Origin: Octopus vulgaris
Taxonomy: Eukaryota
Assembly: GCA_951406725.2 (NCBI GenBank)
Contig: OX597816.1
Coordinates: forward strand, 28,210,001 to 28,274,000
DNA: 64,000 nt
Direction: 5' to 3'
The position numbers were made by a program, and so were the translations under genes. Each line of letters begins with the position of its first letter. The stretch's first letter is position 1. The notes under the pieces were generated by a model. The model searched no databases, was not told the DNA's origin, and was given only the letters and a program-made list of their open reading frames with translations. Shown here piece after piece: positions 14,350 to 30,445 of the stretch.

Positions 14350-15160
14350 AAATCCCTTACATGTAGAGAACTTGCAGAACAGTTTAACTTAGACCACACA
14401 ACTGTTCTGGGTCAACTGTAAAGGATCGGAAAGGTGTCAGTGGTTGGAAAATGGGTCCAGTATGAACTGTCTTCGAAGCATCTGCAACAGCGTGTTCTTT
14501 GTTGTCAGTCATTGCTTTCACGACACCTTAAGGAACTAATTTTAAGAAGGCTAGTTACAGGTGATGAGAAGTAGATATTTTACCATAACGTTAGACACTC
14601 GACAACATCGTCGGCATACTGATGCCTGAGAGTCGCAACAAGTGGCTTCTAGCGGTGGATGTGTGAACTACAACGGAGATCATGTAAAGTTTATAGTGGG
14701 ATAGTGAAGGAATTGTTCACTACCAACTGTTAGACAACAACAGAGAATTCACTGCTAATCTCTACTGTGAACAACTTTATAGTTTGACCACACAACTGTC
14801 TTGAAGAGTCAACTGCTAAGGATCAACAGAAAGGTGTCACCTTCCATGGGTCCATGATAATCCTCGTCCTCACACAACTCGATTGACCAAAGATGTCTTG
14901 GAAGAACTTGGTTGGGAAATACAGATTCTTCTACTTATTCTCCTACTTATTCTCCAGACCTTGCTCTTTCTCATTATCGCTTGTTCAGGAGTTACAGACT
15001 ATTTGAATGGTCTTAGATCGACATCAAGAGAAGAGGTTGAAAATTATTAATATTTCACACCAAAACCTAAACAATTTCACAAGCGTGGTATTTTGGTATT
15101 TACAAGCTTGTTTACAAATGGTATGAAGTTGTAGAAATCAACAGAAATTATATTAACGTA
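14350..15160 (+). mobile_element. mariner transposase pseudogene (5'-truncated)
   Basis: TCRELAEQFNLDHTTV...GKWVQYEL...RLVTGDEK*IFYHN...HDNPRPHT...LEELGWEI...YSPDLALSHYRLFRS, with stops and frameshifts. Confidence 0.9.
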
Positions 15161-15186
15161 TATATAGTGTCTTAATCAAGGGTTTC

Positions 15187-15221
<35 letters not shown>

Positions 15222-15683
15222 CCTTAATTGTTAATATATATATATATATATACACATATATATTTACATATATATATACACACGTACAATTACGTATATA
15301 TACTTATTTATAGATATATACACAGATATATGAGTGCGTATATGTGTGTGTGAGGGAATTTGTGTATGTGCGTGTGTGTGTATGTAGATGTTTGACTCAT
15401 ATAAAAGTAGAAAAATCTTTTAAATAAACATATTAAAATAAACTTTCATCCTATAAAATCTATGGTATATTTTGTCTTCCATAATATGTGCTGAGTGGAA
15501 ATTATGTTTTCTGTAAAATGTTGTATTGTGTAATTTAGCTTAGAAAGTATCCATACTATGTTTTATGTTGCCTGTCATTATTACGTCATAAAGCAAAGCC
15601 TCGAAAAGATAGATTTATTCCATTGAAACGTAAAGTATTGTTTGCATCTAGTATACGACTTAATCTAAAAAGGGTTCATGTTG

Positions 15684-15993
15684 GTAAGTAAATAAAACAT
15701 TATTATAAATCAATGGTGCCAATGATTATCGAAACTCAGGTATAAAATATAAAGAGAACTAAAACGCGACGTGACTCCAGTGATGATAATAACCACAAAC
15801 GTTACTAGATTTTGCAAACTGAAGAGCTAAATAATTTCGAAAATAGTTTTGCGGAAATGTATTTCTGATGTTAGCTCTGTATTTAATTCTCAGATTGATA
15901 TGTATTCGAAGTCGAAATACCCAAATCTATTTTCTATAACGATCAAAGTTATATTTAGGGAGGATTTTCTGATATAAATTCCACTCTTTCTAG
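15684..15993 (+). other. Putative 5'-UTR intron of the 421-aa gene
   Basis: G|GTAAGT at 15684 and TTCCACTCTTTCTAG| ending at 15993, one base before the ATG. Confidence 0.4.
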
Positions 15994-15994
15994 T

Positions 15995-17260
15995 ATGGAC
16001 TTATTTGAGAAAACATCAATCTCCTTTTACTGCATGTGGATTTTGATAGAGATAATCGCATCAACAAAACAAAATAGTAAATTTTCCCTGATTACACCAG
16101 CAGACATAGAATATACAACAGATTTTGTAGCACTTCAACAACGCGAGAAACGAAAAGTAATAATGAATGCCACTAAGTCAGTTGTAACTATCTTACTAAT
16201 TCTAGTGTTCATGAATACAAGCATGAAAAACAATATTTGGTATTATTGTCAACCATTTGCTAAGCTGATGGACGTTGGTACTTCTTTTCATGTATGGTCC
16301 TCCGGATTACCACTCATAGTTATCTATGGCATTTATGAATTTTGCAACATGTGCTTCGACCATTTTGAAGGAAATGAGAGAAGAAATACTGGTTTCGACA
16401 ACAAAGTGTGCATCCTTACGATAGCAATATATGTTATTGTTAATATATTTTCATTTGCTGGACCTATGTTTGCTATCTACGCATCTTTCACAATCTCAGT
16501 ATTTGTTGTATTTGGTCCTGTAGCTATTTACTATATTTCAATGAAATGTTTCCCAGTTTACTCACTACAGGAAGGATCGTTGCGAAACGAGATATTCCAC
16601 ATAGCAAATCGCAACGAAATTATCATAAGGGACATAATATTTATAACGTACCCTAGAGACATCAGAAATGTGGCCCTAAGATTTGTCTCCAAATCTGAAT
16701 GGATATTTAGAAAGCTGTTCCTCGATGCAAAGCATTTAGAATCATTGCAGTCAACGAATCAGAAAGGAAGCAATTCACGATTTCTTGTATCTAAGCTCAC
16801 TGAAAAAGAACAACGGAGTCGCCTTCTTCTTACCGATAAACTTGGACATATACAGTACAATCATCAATTGAAACTTACCATATTAATCGTTGTTAACCTG
16901 TTCGGAGCTGGATTAATTTTAAGTATGATATTTCCTCCGCAAAGTATAAATGTTAAGTGTAGCGAATACTACAGAACACTCTATACAAGGATTATATATG
17001 TACTGTTCAATATAATAATTCCATATAGCCACGCCGTCAAAATATTATACAATGCAACACAAAGATCATTCAACAAGAAAGTCGATTACTTCATAATGAG
17101 TAACTATCAAGGACATATACTAAAAAAATTACTTAAAAAGGAAATAATATCGGAATGTCCAGGCCAGTATTGGTTGTATCGATTAATTCATAATAAAGAA
17201 CGATCCTTATCAATGAGACTGTTGTGTTTAAATAAGGAGCCAAAAGTAATTTATGTATAA
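15995..17260 (+). CDS. Divergent STE24/ZMPSTE24 (CAAX prenyl protease 1, peptidase M48)-like multi-pass membrane protein, predicted catalytically inactive; CDS has no introns
   Basis: Stop-free 421-aa ORF in AT-rich DNA with several hydrophobic helices. Collinear with STE24 motifs: SLQEGSLRNEI~PLPEGxLKxxI; DKLGHIQYNH~HELGHWKLGH; IIPYSHAV..TQRSFNKKVDYF~FSPYNEVL..LSRRFEFQADAF; WLYRLIHNKERSLSMRL~WLFSMWHYSHPPLLERL. Confidence 0.8.
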   Translation: MDLFEKTSISFYCMWILIEIIASTKQNSKFSLITPADIEYTTDFVALQQREKRKVIMNATKSVVTILLILVFMNTSMKNNIWYYCQPFAKLMDVGTSFHVWSSGLPLIVIYGIYEFCNMCFDHFEGNERRNTGFDNKVCILTIAIYVIVNIFSFAGPMFAIYASFTISVFVVFGPVAIYYISMKCFPVYSLQEGSLRNEIFHIANRNEIIIRDIIFITYPRDIRNVALRFVSKSEWIFRKLFLDAKHLESLQSTNQKGSNSRFLVSKLTEKEQRSRLLLTDKLGHIQYNHQLKLTILIVVNLFGAGLILSMIFPPQSINVKCSEYYRTLYTRIIYVLFNIIIPYSHAVKILYNATQRSFNKKVDYFIMSNYQGHILKKLLKKEIISECPGQYWLYRLIHNKERSLSMRLLCLNKEPKVIYV

Positions 17261-18237
17261 TGGATTTCTTAACTACAAACGATTTCCTTGGAGGAGTTCA
17301 CATACATACTTTTAGCACACTTTCCTGTCAGTCCTTTTGTTATAAAAGGTCTGACAGATCCCACTTAAATCTGTAGATTTTGTGTGTAAAATGAAATATT
17401 AAATGCTTAATCGAACCAGTCAATGATATTGCATTTTGATCAGTCAATACTCTTAAAATGTCTCCCCAGTCAAAACTAAGCAGGTATTTGCTTCTGCTAT
17501 GTAATCAAGAACACTGTAAAATTATATCCTGAAATAACAGGCATTAAATACAATTAAAATATTAAGATTTCTTAATATAAAAGATCTGTTGAAATACAAC
17601 TGTTGGTATTACTTCTTGATGGATTTGGCCCATAATCGAAGCATTTCACCTACGATCATCTAGCCATATTTTCCAAGTGTACTCTGTTCTGATTAAAATT
17701 AACAAATGTACTTTATTATAAAGAGCATGTTGTTTTGGAGCAAATATCGTTTCTATTACTAGCAAGTTAGGTCATAAAATTCTTCCTGTGCTGGCTGACT
17801 TTCGCCAGTTGTCCTCGATGATGATGATAATGATGATGATGATTATGATAACGATGATGATGATGATGTTGATAATGATGTTGATGACGATGACGACGAT
17901 GACGACGACAAGGAGGTCGCTGAACCATAACCCTAACCAGGCATTCAGAAAACGTGTGATCAATGGTGTTTCAGTCACAATTATTCTGCCTCATGAAATA
18001 CCTACGAAAGCATTATTCAGTAACTTATACATTTTTCATTTATTAAAGATTCTAAAGAATGATTCAACGGTTGTCCGGCTTCGAATTCTTCCTGGTCCCT
18101 TACTTCACGTTTTTATTGATTTATTTACCAAAAATTTTTTTTCTTCATAACCGGCATGCGTGTATGTGTGTGTTTCTCCTTCTCTCTGTGTGTGCGTGTG
18201 TTTGTGTGTATGTATATATTTATACATTTATGTACCC

Positions 18238-18325
<88 letters not shown>

Positions 18326-18957
18326 AGAGCAAGAGACATATATCTATCTATCTATCTATCTATCTATCTACCTATCTATAAGTATGTTTTTATGTACATG
18401 AAAGTGTTTTTGTTTATGATACGTGATCTATGATTTACAGTATAAGGCACAGAAAATTGAACAAACCAATAAAGTATTAATTAACTACAATCAGTTTGGT
18501 AATTTTCTATATGAATTACTCATTAGAATTAAACAAAGAACGGTTGTTACAAAATAGCAAACGTGAGCGTTCGTATATACATACATAAATATATAAATAC
18601 AAGCATATACACATACATACTTCAATACATATGCACACACACATATATATATCTCATGATTGTATGTATGCATATATACGGAGTCTAATCGAGTTTCGTC
18701 ACGCAGCTAGCCAATAACTACAGGAATCAGCGAGTTCATTGGCTTGAGCATATGTAACTCAAGTATATTATAATAATGATGTAATAAAAATAACTGTCCA
18801 ATCTATCTCACGTATTAAGTTCCATATCTGATAATGTTTGATCCATGTATGATATGCTTTACGATATAGTTTACTGCTTAATTTTACATTATGTATAATT
18901 TGCCTTGACGTATCAATGTATATATGTGTGTATATGTATGCAAATATGTATGCACAC

Positions 18958-19025
<68 letters not shown>

Positions 19026-19031
<6 letters not shown>

Positions 19032-19408
19032 ACATCTCTTATATAAAATCCGTTCTGTCTGCCTGTGTGTGCGCGTGGCTTCTAGGATCTCGGGCATCCT
19101 CCACCCGATTGCGCTCAAATTTGATATGTAGATACCGACGGTATCATGGCGTGTATAAGTCTTGAAAGATTTCCAAAAATCGATTCTAGGCGACAGTGCG
19201 AGCGATAAATCCGTTGGAAATTGTTTTTCTTTGGAATAGAAAAAAGAGTCTATCTTTAATATCTTCTTTTGCTGGTGTCTCAAATTTAGATTAAATAAGT
19301 TTTTCTCAAGGGGGAGACGTATGGAACGGTCGGACAAGTTGTTTTGAGAAAATTTGGTTTAAATATTTGACAACCCAGCACCGTCCTTTGGACGGGGGCG
19401 TTTTGTTC

Positions 19409-19410
<2 letters not shown>
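19026..19410 (+). mobile_element. Non-autonomous Helitron
   Basis: 5' (A)TCT...TATAAAATCCGTTCTGTCTG start, a 3' hairpin CCGTCC-TTT-GGACGG, then a degenerate CTRR end (TTCG|T). Confidence 0.6.
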
Positions 19411-19496
<86 letters not shown>

Positions 19497-21209
19497 TTGT
19501 ATATATGATATGATATGATATGATATATGACAATTCAAATAATTGAGAAGAATCATACATTTACCCAATTTTTATTATTACAGATTATTATTATTACTGA
19601 TTATTAATATCAGTACATAATATTTAATTCTTTGGCATTTGTTTTTGCTGCATGGATATCTCGCAATGTGATATTCATTTGCAGCATGATTGTTCATTTA
19701 CATCATGTAGATTTCATTGATGTTAAAAACGAGTCCATACAGCGTTATTCAAGTTGTTGCTGCTATTAAAGTTTGAATTGAATAGCAGAATAATGGTTTA
19801 GATAGCTTTGCATTTTAGTAGGAGAGGATTAGTGTTGAATGCAAGGAATTAAAAAAAAGGAAAGCCCTGATATGAGTATAAAGTCCATTCTAAGCTTACT
19901 ACATCTTAAATGATATAGGGAATTTAGTCCTGGATATAACATGTGTGAATTAGATGCATGGATTACGACCAGAACGTTTTCTGGATAATTGTTCTTTCTG
20001 GATGCGTACCGACCCTGTGCTCAATTACTACAACGGCAAAACTAATGTGATGAGAGTGTTGCACAAAATTTAATATAATTGTTTTTAACCTAGAATTCTA
20101 AATTGCTTTCTAAAATTCCTTTTCTCGAATCACTTCAGTCTGCATCATTGTACTTTACATCCTACAGAATGATTTATTAATAGGTACATAAAGTCTGTCT
20201 CATCTATCTTAATACTAAAGGATATGCGAATAAATACCCCATTAAGAGTAGACTCAAATATAGATATAATTATAAAAATCATTTTTCTAGGTTACGCAGA
20301 ATAATATTGATTAGTACTCCGAATAATAGGCCATTAGTTGCCTACTGGCATTAAATCTTTGTAACCTACACATCTCGTGCAAACTTAATAATGTCAGTAA
20401 ACTCTTATGAACAGTGTAAATTACTTTTATATTATACTTACTGCATTTCCATGTCATGGAATTGTTTTAAATTAGAGCCGACCGTTATTTTAAATGACCT
20501 TAGCATTGACATATTACCATACATATCTTGAAATAGATCTGCTTGCTACTACACTAAAAACGCTCACATGATGTTAAATCTCCCAGATAATTTATACAAA
20601 AATCGATTTACTGGAAATTGTATCTTATCAGGGCTCTCAATTGTGTACTTTTATATTTGTTCTTTTATTGAAACGTGTTGCAATTCAATATGAAATTGAA
20701 ATATATCAAGTAAAATGAGTTATTAAAGCAAATACTTGGAAAAGTGTAATTCATATCTTTCAACTTTATTACGAAATAATTTGATGTTTCAATTTATCTG
20801 TTCTGTAGTCAGCCACTTAATGTAGAAATAACGACAATGGTAGCTGCTGATAGACAATTCATCATGAAAACAAGATATTCTCGTGTCGTCAAATGATATA
20901 CACATACTGAGTTCCTCAGAGTATGCTAGTGGCTTTGTAGGAAAAAAAGCAGTCGCAAACCATGTCATCATAAAAATTGATTACTTCTCTTCACATTCAC
21001 TGTTTAAATGCTATTAATCTTTCATTTCACTACATCCAATGAAATATGTGTCCGTTATTATTGTTTATCTCGCAGTCAACACTGACTAAGTTTTGACCTA
21101 CAGTCAAAACCATTCCAGCCCTAAACATTCCATATTTTATTTTACAAAGAAGTTGCGTCTGGGACCATATAATGCAATGTAACATGCCATTGTACAATGC
21201 TGAATTGCG

Positions 21210-21432
21210 TAGCGGCAGAATCGTTAGCACACCGGGCGAAATGCTTAGTGGTATTTCGTCTGCCGTTACGTTCTGCGTTCAAATTCCGCCGAGGTCGACT
21301 TTGCCTTTCATCCTCTCGGGGTCGATAAATTAAGTACCAGTTACGCACTGGGGTCGATGTAATCGACTTAATCCCTTTTTCTGTCCTTGTTTGACCTCTC
21401 TATGTTTAGCCCTTTGTGGGTAGTAAAGAAAT
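21210..21432 (+). mobile_element. tRNA-derived SINE family B
   Basis: GGCAGAATCGTTAGCACACCGGGCGAAATGCTTAG...GTTCAAATTCCGCCGAGG...GTGGGTAGTAAAGAAATA. Confidence 0.9.
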
Positions 21433-21899
21433 ATACATTTAGTAGATCTTGGGATCACGTGGTGGCTACTTGAGTTACAATGCTAGGGACTTTAAGGATA
21501 TAAACATTTTAAAGACTGTCATTGGTCAGAAATTTTTGAGGTGCGATACTCTGGATAATTGCATTTCAGTGTGAGAAAAAATGGTGTGTCAGTGCGTTTC
21601 AACGGAGTGGAACTATAATATAACGTATTGATTATAATCGAACGTAGCATTTCTTCAGTTACGTATATCAGACTACGCTGCACATACATACATGCTTACC
21701 TGTTTATTTGGTTGGCCTAATGAGTTGAAAATTGTGTAACATATTGCATACCAAATAAAAAGTCGAGAAGTGAGAGGTTGATTAATCAACCGATGATCAT
21801 CAAATGGATTGTCGAATCAGAATTACCAACATTTATGAAATGTAAAATGGGTAGGAATAAAATCTGTCTATCATGAGGGTGGATAGCAGACTGAGTTTG

Positions 21900-22935
<1,036 letters not shown>

Positions 22936-23305
22936 CATTTCTATTCTAAAGATGTCAATGCACATAATGATCACGTCCATGATTCTATAACGGCAGATAC
23001 GTGCCATGCATGACACTTGCCCCTGTTACAACATATTATAAAACAGCTACGAATGGTGTTCTAAATAAACATGTGTTGCCAAATAATAGTGAACTTTACT
23101 TCAACGATGCGTTCCGTCCTATTATCAGGGACTAATTAATTGATTTGAGTCATTTTACCTAGCAATCACTCGTGGGGCGCTTCACTTTCTGGATCTGCTT
23201 TAGGTAAATCTATCTGTCTAATTTGTATGCCCCTCTCTGTCTCTCTCTTTCTCTCTCTCTGTATTTCTTTGTCTCTCCCTCCGTCTCTCTGTCTGTCTGC
23301 CTATC

Positions 23306-23377
<72 letters not shown>

Positions 23378-23509
23378 TATACATATATATAAACTTACTT
23401 GGAGAAGAGAAATAACGCGTACGTTCGGTCATATAATAATATAGTAAATAAAATATATGCATATATCCATACATATATGTACATACTTACATCTACATCT
23501 ATATAAACA

Positions 23510-23569
<60 letters not shown>

Positions 23570-23800
23570 GTATGAGTACAGGACACCACAAATAAACGTA
23601 GAACACAACGAGAGACGAAAACATAAAATCAAACAAGGAAACGGACATTTTTTAACAACGAAAAAACAAGGAAGCGGACTTTTTTTAAAACAACGAAAAA
23701 ACAGAGTACAGGAGAAACAATACAAGGAAAATTCCCCTTCATCAGCTGCCCCTGCCGGCGAAATTTCAATTCGGGACGTAAAGACGTACAAAATGTCGCT
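23570..23800. repeat. Dispersed repeat related to the arms of 3566-3995
   Basis: AAACAATACAAGG...CCCTTCATCAG is shared with 3670-3708; the repeat abuts (TA)n. Confidence 0.5.
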
Positions 23801-24528
23801 AGATCTTTGCCCGCACGGTAAAGATTCAGTTTGTTCATCACTTTACACTAACAGAATATTAATATGCTCTTTGTTATCCGAGAAAAAACTACAGTTATTT
23901 CGAAAACTGTAAAAAACGTTAGAAGCTTATAGAGACAAATTCTTTTGATAATTTTCTTTGAAAAAAGAAAAAAAAGAAAATCTTTATATGGCGTAAAATG
24001 TCCATCTAAGTCGTATTGAAGTATACGTTCAGGAGACTTGTCCTCTATACAACGTTGTGAGTTATCGATTATTTTTCACCTTACGTCAAGAAGTAAACGA
24101 TCTTAACCATCGAACGAATTCGAAGATATAATATGCTTATAACAAATCTTAATATACTGTACTACATGCTTATTTTCATATCAAAGTTCATATGACCACA
24201 CTTCAGTCCAGAAACGCATTGAAGGAAGATGAAATGCTGTTACACTGAATAGCGAACTCGAAGAAAAACGAATTCAATAATTTAAAAAAAAATCATCAGT
24301 AATATAGGCGAAAGAATAGTTGTATGCTTTAAACGTTTGCTTTGTGTCCGACTGGTTCCCGGTTCTGTCATATGTAGTGCATGCGCAAATTCATCTTCTA
24401 TAACCTCGATCTTGTGTTTCAAGCGAAATTTGTAAGTGGAAGCATATCGCGTGTATTCATGTACATACACACACAGACACACACAAGCACACACACACAG
24501 GCTCGCACACACACACACACACACACAC

Positions 24529-24993
24529 ACGAGGAGGTGCTGAAAAGTTCCTGTCGTTGGGTAAAAAAAAACCAGGATGATCAGCTAATTATGATTTTAT
24601 TCAAGAGAATCCTCTCTCAGATTCACACACTATCTACGACGATTTCATCTCAACCGAAGGAGAGGAGGTTTTCTCCGTCCGGATTGCGGATCCGTGGAAT
24701 AAGCTGCCGGACGAGATACTGAAGATGCCGGCGACCGCTCGGTTCAAAGTCTCTCTTGACCAGAAATGGCCTGAACTCTTTGTATGACCACCCTCCCTGT
24801 ACATAACTCCCTGTCCTCCTACATGGCCTTGCTTTTGCTTTTTGAGCCAATAAAAATTGAATGGAATTGAATTGAATTGAACTTATTACAGTGGTCCATC
24901 AGGTTTTCTAAGGCCAGTAAAAGAACTCGGGAGTTTTGGCTTCCAGCCAGGCTTTTCATGATATCTGTAATAACAGGAACATTTTAGCAGCTC

Positions 24994-24998
<5 letters not shown>
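24529..24998. mobile_element. Tc1/mariner-type MITE with a nested LINE fragment
   Basis: TIRs ACGAGGAGGTGCTGAAAAGTTCCTG and CAGGAACATTTTAGCAGCTCCTCAT; the right end lies in (TA)n. Confidence 0.75.
24632..24885 (+). mobile_element. CR1/L2-group LINE 3' end
   Basis: RRFHLNRRR/FSVRIADPWNKLPDEILKMPATARFKVSLDQKWPELFV*, then AATAAA and an (ATTGA)n tail. Confidence 0.8.
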
Positions 24999-25068
<70 letters not shown>

Positions 25069-25100
25069 CTGTGTGTGTGTGTTTACACACAGACACACAG

Positions 25101-25142
<42 letters not shown>

Positions 25143-26027
25143 CTGTGTGTGTGTGTTTACACACAGACACACACACACAAAAAATTAACTAGACAGACAA
25201 ATAGATATATAGGGAATTTAGGTATATGTTTGCACTCATGCACACATGCTGTCACATACATGTAAATATGTTTCAGGTTTCTCACTGTGGTGAGAAATTT
25301 GTCTTTTTAACCACATGATTCTGGTTTCCCTTGGACAAGTGTCTTCTACTGAAACCCGACTAAAGCCTTACGAAAGGGTTTGGTTAATGGAATTTAAAAG
25401 ATCATCGTATGTGTGTCTTTAAAAGATCATATGTATGTGTGTCTTTATGTTAGAGTTAGTCCACCACCAGTGATTGACAACCTCTTTTGTTTCGTTTACG
25501 TCTCCGTACGTAAGATGTTCGGCAAAGAGACCGACATATTAAATATCAAGCTTTAAAATGTGTGCTGTGTTAACCTGATTGGAACAATTACCCTGACTTA
25601 AAAGTAAAAGTTATATTCACATATATTTTAACATATTTCAGTATCGATTGGTTAGTCGCATTCAGCATGAAACTGTTATGCTTTTATTTCTGATTTGTTT
25701 ATCGAAAAATACACGCCAATGAGCAATAAATACAGTTAATTTCAAGAGAAACGGGGCGAAAAAAGGAAAAGAGTAGAGATTCAAACAAAAAACGATAAAG
25801 AGAATGAAGATCAAAGCGTATTAAAGTTTGAGATGTCACTGCGTCTTACTTATTTTCTCTGTGATGTTTTCATTCGCTTCATCTCTCTCTCTCTCTCTCT
25901 CTCTTTCTCCCTTACCCTCTCACTTCTTTACTCTCCCTCTACCTGCATTTATTTGGAGTACTCTTGAATTATAAATGTTATCTTTCTTCTATTGTGTGTG
26001 TGTGGTATAAAATGAATGTGTGTGTGT

Positions 26028-26096
<69 letters not shown>

Positions 26097-26569
26097 TTAG
26101 GGAAAAAATCAGATTTAGGATTAAATCCAATTTTATAGTAATATATTAAACATTTTTATGTATTGATTAAGTCTTTCCTTGTTTGTTTTGCAAAATAGTG
26201 GTTTTGTCTCGAATTAATTTTTTATATATATATATATATATATATTATAGATATAGGGTAAACAATTATTAATTTATAATTAATAAATTTCACCAAGTAG
26301 TTTCGGTATGGAAAAGAACCATATTCGATAAAAACTTATACAAGAATTTTCATATATAATTATAGCAATAATTTACCTGTGTGAGTTACAGAGAGGGTTG
26401 TCTGTGGAGTCGTATTTTGTAGCGAAAAGAAATAACGGTCTTTTGGCTGCTATTTCTAATTTTTTCGGTATGTGGTTAAGCAACACGTTGCTAAACCCTT
26501 AATTATTGTTATATATATATATATACACATCCACACCCACACGTATATTATATATATATATATATATAG

Positions 26570-26766
26570 TTAATCCAAACATGAAAACACAAAGAGAACA
26601 CAGAACGAGTACGTGGAACAAATATAGTATTATTAGACGCTCAGGAAGGAAGGGAAGAAGGAGGGTTTAACTTTTCGAGCGGAGATCATCGTCGAAAATA
26701 TAGGAGAAGGAAAGATCCAGAGAAGGGAAGACGGAGGAAAAAAATCGCCAACGGTACACACGCGGT

Positions 26767-26775
<9 letters not shown>
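26570..26775 (-). mobile_element. (TA)n-embedded short element with degenerate hammerhead
   Basis: Minus strand TCGACGA-TGATC-TCC-GCTC-GAAAAGTT-AAA. The layout resembles 58100-58272. Confidence 0.45.
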
Positions 26776-26835
<60 letters not shown>

Positions 26836-26859
26836 GTATATATACATACATACATTGAT

Positions 26860-27030
26860 ATATACGACAGGCTTCTTTCGTTCTCCGTCAAATAAATCCA
26901 CTAGCAAGGCTCGTATTCGGCCTGGGGATATAGTTGAAGATACATGGGCAAGTTTTCATGCAATGGGACTAAAACCGAGACTATGTGGTTGGGAACGAAA
27001 TTTCTTATCACAGGGCCACACCTACGCCTA
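26860..27030 (-). mobile_element. SINE family A, 5' half
   Basis: Diverged match to 42025-42185. Confidence 0.7.
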
Positions 27031-27691
27031 AGCCACACTTGTACATGTCCACACAAAATCACTCGCGGTTGTGTTTGTGTCTGTTTACAAATAATTATTT
27101 CACTCCATCACTACGAGAACAGAAAATATGCTACGACCTCCATTATATATATATATATTGTATATTTATGTATGTAGGTATATTTCTGTATGCGTATATT
27201 TGTACGTATTTGATAGAGAGGGTAACAAAAATAAAAGAGGCAACGTCGTTCCAACATTTATTACATCTTGATATATTTCCTACTCTCAACCAATTCCGTT
27301 TTTAAATCTTCCCTCTTTTGATTTTAGTTGTTTTTTTTCTCTTGCATATATCTCTGTTTATTGCTTCTTGGTGTGCATTTTTGCGATAAACAAATCGGAA
27401 ATCAAAGCAAATCGTTTCATGCTCAAAATGGAACCTACAAATCAATTCTAAAATGCTTTGAAATTTTCTACGAAAACCTAATATTCGTTCTCAACAACGA
27501 AGGGAGGTAAAAGTACTTATAAATAAGACTTTGATCGATCTTTTAATAAAACTGTGGTCATCTTAAAAAAAAAATCTAGCGAGTAAAATAAGAGAGATAA
27601 CTGGATACTATTTCTAGTAAAGGTGATATCAAAATTTCGTTGATTTCAATATATGGGTGTGTGATGAGAAGTTGCGGAAACACGCCCATCG

Positions 27692-27762
<71 letters not shown>

Positions 27763-27784
27763 GTGTGTGTGTGTTTGTGTGTGT

Positions 27785-27819
<35 letters not shown>

Positions 27820-27828
<9 letters not shown>

Positions 27829-28005
27829 ACGGGTGTTCTTACGTCCCCGCTACTTAGCGGTTCCACAAAAGATATGATAATTGCGATGATATAAGTACCT
27901 GGTTTTAACAAAATAAGTATTGGGATCGACATGTTTGAATAAAAAAATTATTCAGTGCGGTGTCCCTGTATGACATCAGTCTCATGATTGAAACAAATAA
28001 AAGAA
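27820..28005 (+). mobile_element. SINE family A, 3' half
   Basis: TTACGTCCCCGCTACTTAGCGGTTC...ATAAGTAC...TGAAACAAATAAAAGA. Confidence 0.65.
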
Positions 28006-28364
28006 TGCATAAACATAAAGAATATTGCCAAATCTTTCACTGATAGATATTCCGCTCCTATGCCAAGCAGGACAGTTTTACACGTTCGCTCAGCCTACTA
28101 AAATGAGCAACCTTCAAATTATACACTATTATCATTTTAATGATAAGAATATGACAATAGCAAATATCGAACGAGAAATCGCCAAAAGTAAAGAACAGAT
28201 ACTTCTGAAGGTCTTTCATAGATTCTATCCGGTAGGATAAGGTGCTAAATAATGAAAAGAATGAGGAAGAGAGCAATACATATTCTATCCATCCACCGTA
28301 GAGCCATCTGACCTGAGCAATAGATGTTACAATTCTGGTGACAGTTAGCAAAGCGTTAGCCCGT

Positions 28365-28592
28365 TAAACTATATTCTTTTCTACTCTAGAGACAAGGCCT
28401 GAAATTTTCGGGGAGGGGGCCAGCCGATGAGATCGATGCCAGGAGGCAACTGGTATTTAATTTATCGACCCCGAATGGATGAAAGGCAAATTCGACCTCT
28501 TCAGAATTTAATCTCCGAACGTAAAGACAGACGAAATAACGCTAAGCATTTCGCCCGGCGTGGTAATGTTTCTGCCAACTCGCTGCCTTTAC
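28365..28592 (-). mobile_element. tRNA-derived SINE family B (variant tail)
   Basis: Minus strand AAGGCAGCGAGTTGGCAGAAACATTACCACGCCGGGCGAAATGCTTAGC... Confidence 0.8.
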
Positions 28593-28662
28593 CCGAACGT
28601 TATATTGCTACAGCTAAAGCCTGCTTTTAGAACAACAGAGATACACACATATAACAGTTTCA

Positions 28663-28693
<31 letters not shown>

Positions 28694-28749
28694 TGTATGT
28701 ATGTATGTATGCATGTATGTATGCATGTATATATATATATATATATATT

Positions 28750-30240
<1,491 letters not shown>

Positions 30241-30289
30241 TCATATATATACACACACACACACATACACACACATATATATATATTTG

Positions 30290-30445
30290 AAAATTGTAAT
30301 TTAGGGTATCCAAGAGATACCGCCACACTGAAAATAGCAGCCACAACCTTACTCTAAAAAAACATTAAATGTTCATATATCACCACCTTTTGGCTGCTAT
30401 TTCCAGCGTGGCGGTATCTCTCATATACCCTAAATTATAATTTTA
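30290..30445. repeat. ~55-bp inverted repeat; a third arm copy at 30835-30893
   Basis: TAATTTAGGGTATCCAAGAGATACCGCCACACTGAAAATAGCAGCCA versus TGGCTGCTATTTCCAGCGTGGCGGTATCTCTCATATACCCTAAATTA. Confidence 0.8.
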
